Shown piece by piece: positions 6,539 through 10,485 of a stretch of DNA of 10,485 bases. The stretch comes from Candidatus Poribacteria bacterium (GTDB lineage: Bacteria; Poribacteria; WGA-4E; UBA9662). A program made the translations under genes and the position numbers. The stretch's first letter is position 1. The number at the start of each line of letters is the position of its first letter. The notes below the pieces were generated by a model. The model did not search any database. It was not told where the DNA came from and worked only from the letters and a program-made list of their open reading frames with translations. Location of the stretch: assembly GCA_046582655.1 (NCBI GenBank), contig JAYGDX010000220.1, forward strand, positions 1-10,485, given 5' to 3'.

Positions 6539-9322
6539 TCACTCATCCTGCGAAAGGATAAACTCCCGACGCTTTACGAGGTGGCGTTGCAGTGATTCGA
6601 TATCATCACGAAATTGCTCCATCGCAACATCAACATCTTGGCCATTTTCTTCGGCGCGAAGGCGAACCTCTGGTACTAACCGCTTCGCCATGTCATCAAT
6701 GATGTGTAGAAAAACGGATTCGGTGTAAACTGTTGCTGTAATCTCCTTGAGGCGGATGAGGAAGCGTTCTCTGAATTGCGGATTTGATAAAAGCGGTCCG
6801 GAAAAATAACCTGGTGGTCTCCACCAACTGGGTTGATCAGGACGTCCCCATCCGCTAAAACCACCGCGTTCGCTTTTTGCTTCTGACAGTGTATTTTCAC
6901 TCATACCGAAGGTCAGTGGCATATCGTATAAATCGCTAGCACCTGAACCACCGTCATAATACCCCCACGTCTTGTCCTCGTCCCACGGGTAAATCTCCCA
7001 TTTCCCGCTTCCATCGATGTTGTGGTACGTGAAATAGTTGTTGAAGAAACCATCCCAGTTTGATATGCACAAGTTGACGGCAAAGTAGTTGATCACCTCT
7101 TCCACGTTGAAGTGGCGTTTGATAATCTCCCACTGCTCTTCATTTTTGGTGTTATCAAGTAATGAAACGAGATTGACGATATCATCGTGCCCGGTATGGA
7201 AGTTGGTCTTCTTCTCGTGCTGATCTACGACCCCCTGCTCGTACCAAAGGATCTTGTAAAGATTACCAGAGTCATCTCGTTTGTGCCGCCGAAGAAAATT
7301 ACGGTTGGGCTGTTCAACGAGCAGGTAATACCCCAGTTGGTAATCATCGAGCGAGATGCGAATATGCTCACTATGCTCGGTTGGCACGCCAGACCGTCTA
7401 TAGACTTCATAGGAAAGATGTTCGGCAAGGACAAAGCGAGGATTGTCTTCAAAAATCAGGTTTATTGTTGTCATTCCGTTGAGCGGTCGGTCTTTATGGA
7501 AACGGACTTTATACCCGCCAGCGCGTGGCGTCACATTGACGTAATCGAAAATTTGATAGGCGCCAGTATCTGGAGAGATGTAGACGAACGCCGACTTTCC
7601 ACGTGAGGGTGGCGGCGGTTGCGGTCCGGGGCGATTGAACCCGAATCCGCGTCGAGTTCCCGTTCGCCTCCTTTCTCTACCTCGCTCCGCTGTCGGTGGT
7701 CCAGGCGATCTGCGGCGGAAACGGTCCGAGCCTTGACGAGGTGACTTTTCTTCCCACCATTGGTTGAATCGCGCCTGCTGTTCTTCCGACAAGACGGCTT
7801 GCGCTTTATTAGTAACAGAGTCGTTTAACTCCCTTCTCTCTCGGAAAGAGACCTGTTCACGTGTCTTGAAACCGGCTGTATAAACCAATTTCAGTTCTTC
7901 AAATTTTGAACGACTTAGGTCGAAGGTTGTCGTTAGAAAAAACCATGAGGTCTCAAGGCCAATCGACCGTCGGAATCGCCTTCGGGAACGGAATCGCGAG
8001 GTTTGATCCAAATTCTGCTCGCGCCAGTTGAGAAATTGGGTATATTGTGCCGCTGTCAAAATGGTTTTTGTCGTTTGAAGCCGTGCTTCGTTAAACATTT
8101 TTATCTTATGGGGAAGATTGCTCATCGCCTTAAGCCTGTCCCGCGGATGCGCCCCCTGGGCAATCCATTTCTCCCGTGCCCCAAATTTTTCTCGATACAG
8201 CGAACGCAACTGGCGCATCTGTTCATTGTTCAGTTCCTGCTCCAAGGTGTGGTATAACCACGTTGGTTCGAGGTTGGTGCCACTCTCTAACATCGCCATT
8301 GCCATCTGATGCCGCCGTTGCTCTTCATCGCGTTTTACCGCTTGGTACAGTTTGTCGTCGACAGTGACAATAAAACCAATAGAAATCGTTGCTGAGTTGG
8401 TGCTGGCGTCTATAAAGACGGAATACGCCGGTCTAGGCTCGTTCGGATGGGGTTGAAAGCGGAGGGCTCCATCCTCACCGATTGCCCGAATGCGAAACCT
8501 GACAATCGAGCGTGACGGTTGTGCTGGAATTACGCCTTTGTAGTACATACTTCTCGCCTCCGTATCAATCCACATTGGCAATTCGACCTCATCGCCGACA
8601 TGACCGGATTTCGCAACACGGTATAATAAAGTCACTTTGCCTTTGCCGATGACTTTTGCCTGCACTATAATCAACTCATCTGGCTTCGGGTTTGCTGGCT
8701 GGAATGTGACGTTTGATATGGTCGGTGGCAGGTTTACGGAATAGGTCGCATTCTGTCGTCCCGGTGTGCCCGTTGGACTTCTTCCATCGGCGGGAAGTGG
8801 GGCAGAGGCCCAGTTTATAGCCTCACCGGAAGCAGTTGGGCAAACGCGCTCGAGTGACGCGGAATAGCCGTCGGCGCCAACCGGCCACGGCGAGCGGTCT
8901 ACGTATTTTACGCTATCGATTGTTTCTCCAGTGTGGTCTGAAAGTGTTACACGTTCACCGCTGTTTCTCAACGTACCAAAAAAGTTTCCAAGTGCGGGAA
9001 TCTTATTGCCAAACGTGGCTTGGAAATCATCGAGCACGCGGCAAACGACCAGATAACCGTTTGGCTCGATGATGGTACTAGGAGGGAATGTGTATACAAT
9101 CCCTTTGGTAAATTTCCATCCCGATACGTCGACAGATGTTTTGCCTTGGTTGTAGAGTTCGATGTATTCTTCGCCCTCGAATTCGGTTGGCGGGTGATAC
9201 ATGATTTCATTGATGACGATGTTTACCTCACTTGCCTCGCTTCACGTAGCTGGCGCCAAGAATTGAATAAAGAATAACAACACCAGTGTGCAAAGCTGTA
9301 ACGGGATATTTCGATTAATCAT
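6539..9322 (-). CDS. Secreted lamin-tail-domain + Ig-like + helical insert + CotH kinase family protein (927 codons including an in-frame TGA at codon 27; track ORF 6539-9202 is the downstream part)
   Basis: RBS GAAGGA before ATG 9322, then MINRNIPLQLCTLVLLFFIQFLAPAT*SEASEVNIVINEIMYHP in one frame. LTD motifs: VINEIMYHP, EYIELYN, DVSGWKF, GYSASLER. CotH motifs: EHLSYEVYRRSGVP, LGYYLLVEQP, GNLYK, NWDGFFNNYFTYH, WEIYPWDEDKTWG. Stop TGA at 6541-6539. Confidence 0.88.
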
Positions 9323-9370
9323 AAGTTCCTTCTGTTCAGATTTTGCTCATAAAAATGAATTTGCTAGTCT

Positions 9371-10122
9371 CTATGTACCTAAATTTTTGCTTTGAAGGTA
9401 AGCACGGATACCATCAAAATCATACCATGGATCTTGAAGTGCCTGCTGCCAATGATCTCTGTGATCGCTTCTTTGAAGCCGAAAATAAACTGCACGGCGG
9501 ATTTTATCCGACCTATTACCACCTATATTATGGGCCAATAGGTAGTGGACCAAAAGCAAGTCACCTGCCTGACCAACAATCTGGATAGGATCAGGTAGCC
9601 AAATGTCTGGAGAACCGCCTGAAGCCATTAAGGATTCGATACCTTGATGCCGAAAGAAATTTGCATGGGTTAGATGTGTCCCTGGCCACACCCACAAATT
9701 TCCCATATCGGGCCTTGGTTGGTCAGTTATTAAGATTCCAACCAGTAACGTAAATGTGCCTGGTCTCCCATCGGCTTCAGGGATGGATACACCATCAAGA
9801 TGATGTCGACTGGGACGATGTGGGAAATAAGGAATGTTTAGTGCGAGTTGAACCTGTTCAAGGACTAATAATTTGCCCTTGCCCACAAAGGATTCGGCTA
9901 ATGTAAATACGGAAGTTTGCAACAAGAGGGCATTAGAGATTCTGGCTTATCGATTGGTGGGAAGTAAGGTCCAACAGTCCCTAATTCAGGTGGATTTTCT
10001 CCCAACACATCGTCTATATCAGCTGAGACTTGAGTTAATAACTTGCTGGAAATGACTTTTGGAATTAATACAAATCCGTTGCTAATAAACTGTTGAAATA
10101 AATCAGCTTTATCAGTATCCAA
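9371..10122 (-). CDS. Phytanoyl-CoA dioxygenase (PhyH) family Fe(II)/2-oxoglutarate oxygenase, ~250 aa after correcting one frameshift
   Basis: The N-terminal piece (9898-10122) has the typical QQFISNGFVLIPKVIS. The C-terminal piece has HLD (HxD), GNLWVWPGTH and GQAGDLLLVHYLLAHNIGGNRSDKIRRAVYFR. Adding one base at the GGG run 9928-9930 joins them (..ESLMPLLLQTS..). The TTG start is uncertain. Confidence 0.88.
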
Positions 10123-10182
10123 TTTATCTTACAATAACCTGCGATCAGAGTTGTTATTGCCTAATGTCTTTTAATCTTAAGT

Positions 10183-10204
10183 ATAAACGGATAATCCCGT
10201 TTAT
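10183..10204 (-). terminator. Possible weak terminator hairpin after the phosphotransferase gene
   Basis: ATAAACGG-ATAATC-CCGTTTAT: 8-bp stem with a 6-nt loop, 12 bp beyond the stop at 10217. Confidence 0.4.
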
Positions 10205-10216
10205 CGACGCAGACGC

Positions 10217-10485
10217 CTATGCGAAGGCCAACATCCATCTATCGATATCGTCGGCGATGCGGAGTGCCCACTCCACTTCCCATCCAATTGAGGCTGCGTG
10301 TCGTCGAGCACTTGTCTCGTCATCTAGTAAGGCGACCCATCCGCCGACAGACCATAGAGGTTGTCGTATAATTGCTAGTGGCAACGCCGCTCGCTCTACA
10401 CTTGTGAGCGGATTATCTAAACCACTGTCGTAGGCGTCAACTAGACCACATACTCTCTGAAGATAATTATCGGATAAAGGATGTT
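10217..10485 (-). CDS. 3' end (runs off window end) of a probable APH / homoserine kinase type II-like phosphotransferase
   Basis: The minus frame is open from 10483 to TAG at 10219-10217: HPLSDNYLQRVCGLVDAYDSGLDNPLTSVERAALPLAIIRQPLWSVGGWVALLDDETSARRHAASIGWEVEWALRIADDIDRWMLAFA*. The pattern LxxAY...PLTxxExxALP resembles the C-lobe of that family. Catalytic motifs lie outside the window, so the product call is tentative. Confidence 0.65.
   Translation of the reverse strand, partial: HPLSDNYLQRVCGLVDAYDSGLDNPLTSVERAALPLAIIRQPLWSVGGWVALLDDETSARRHAASIGWEVEWALRIADDIDRWMLAFA

Noticed and set aside
9242..9244. Selenocysteine or genetic code 4/25 at the CotH in-frame TGA
   Set aside because: The position is in a signal peptide rather than a redox motif, no convincing SECIS-like hairpin was identified, other genes have no internal TGA, and the same gene terminates with TGA.
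6525..9588. Short ORFs antisense to or nested in the CotH and PhyH genes (e.g. 7187-7606, 8003-8257, 9020-9277, 9343-9588), and similar ORFs nested in the other long genes
   Set aside because: They overlap well-supported genes and have no recognisable motifs.
10164..10433. 89-aa + strand ORF
   Set aside because: Antisense shadow of the more protein-like minus-strand frame 10217->10485.

Overview
Bacterial accessory region whose protein families and C-terminal 'VxxxGKLxxT(W/F)xx(I/V)(K/R)' motif suggest Candidatus Poribacteria (inference from family content, not a database result). The + strand carries the 3' end of a DUF6785/DUF6784-type polytopic membrane protein (<1-444), a secreted LamG/ConA-like jellyroll protein broken by two compensating homopolymer indels (1349-2104), a perfect 18-bp hairpin terminator, a complete second DUF6785/DUF6784 paralog (2248-4245), and a CRTAC1-like FG-GAP + ASPIC/UnbV + FlgD-Ig protein with a decayed 5' part (~4669-5899). 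The - strand carries the 3' end of an APH/homoserine-kinase-type phosphotransferase (>10485-10217, absent from the ORF track), a PhyH dioxygenase with one frameshift (10122-9371), and a lamin-tail + CotH kinase protein whose signal peptide is cut off by an in-frame TGA (9322-6539). The long spacers are mosaics of decayed fragments (FlgD-Ig tail, ASPIC/UnbV tail, two FGE-sulfatase pieces, PEGA) plus two copies of an unexplained 86-bp element. No RNA genes, CRISPR arrays, transposases or reverse transcriptases were recognised.
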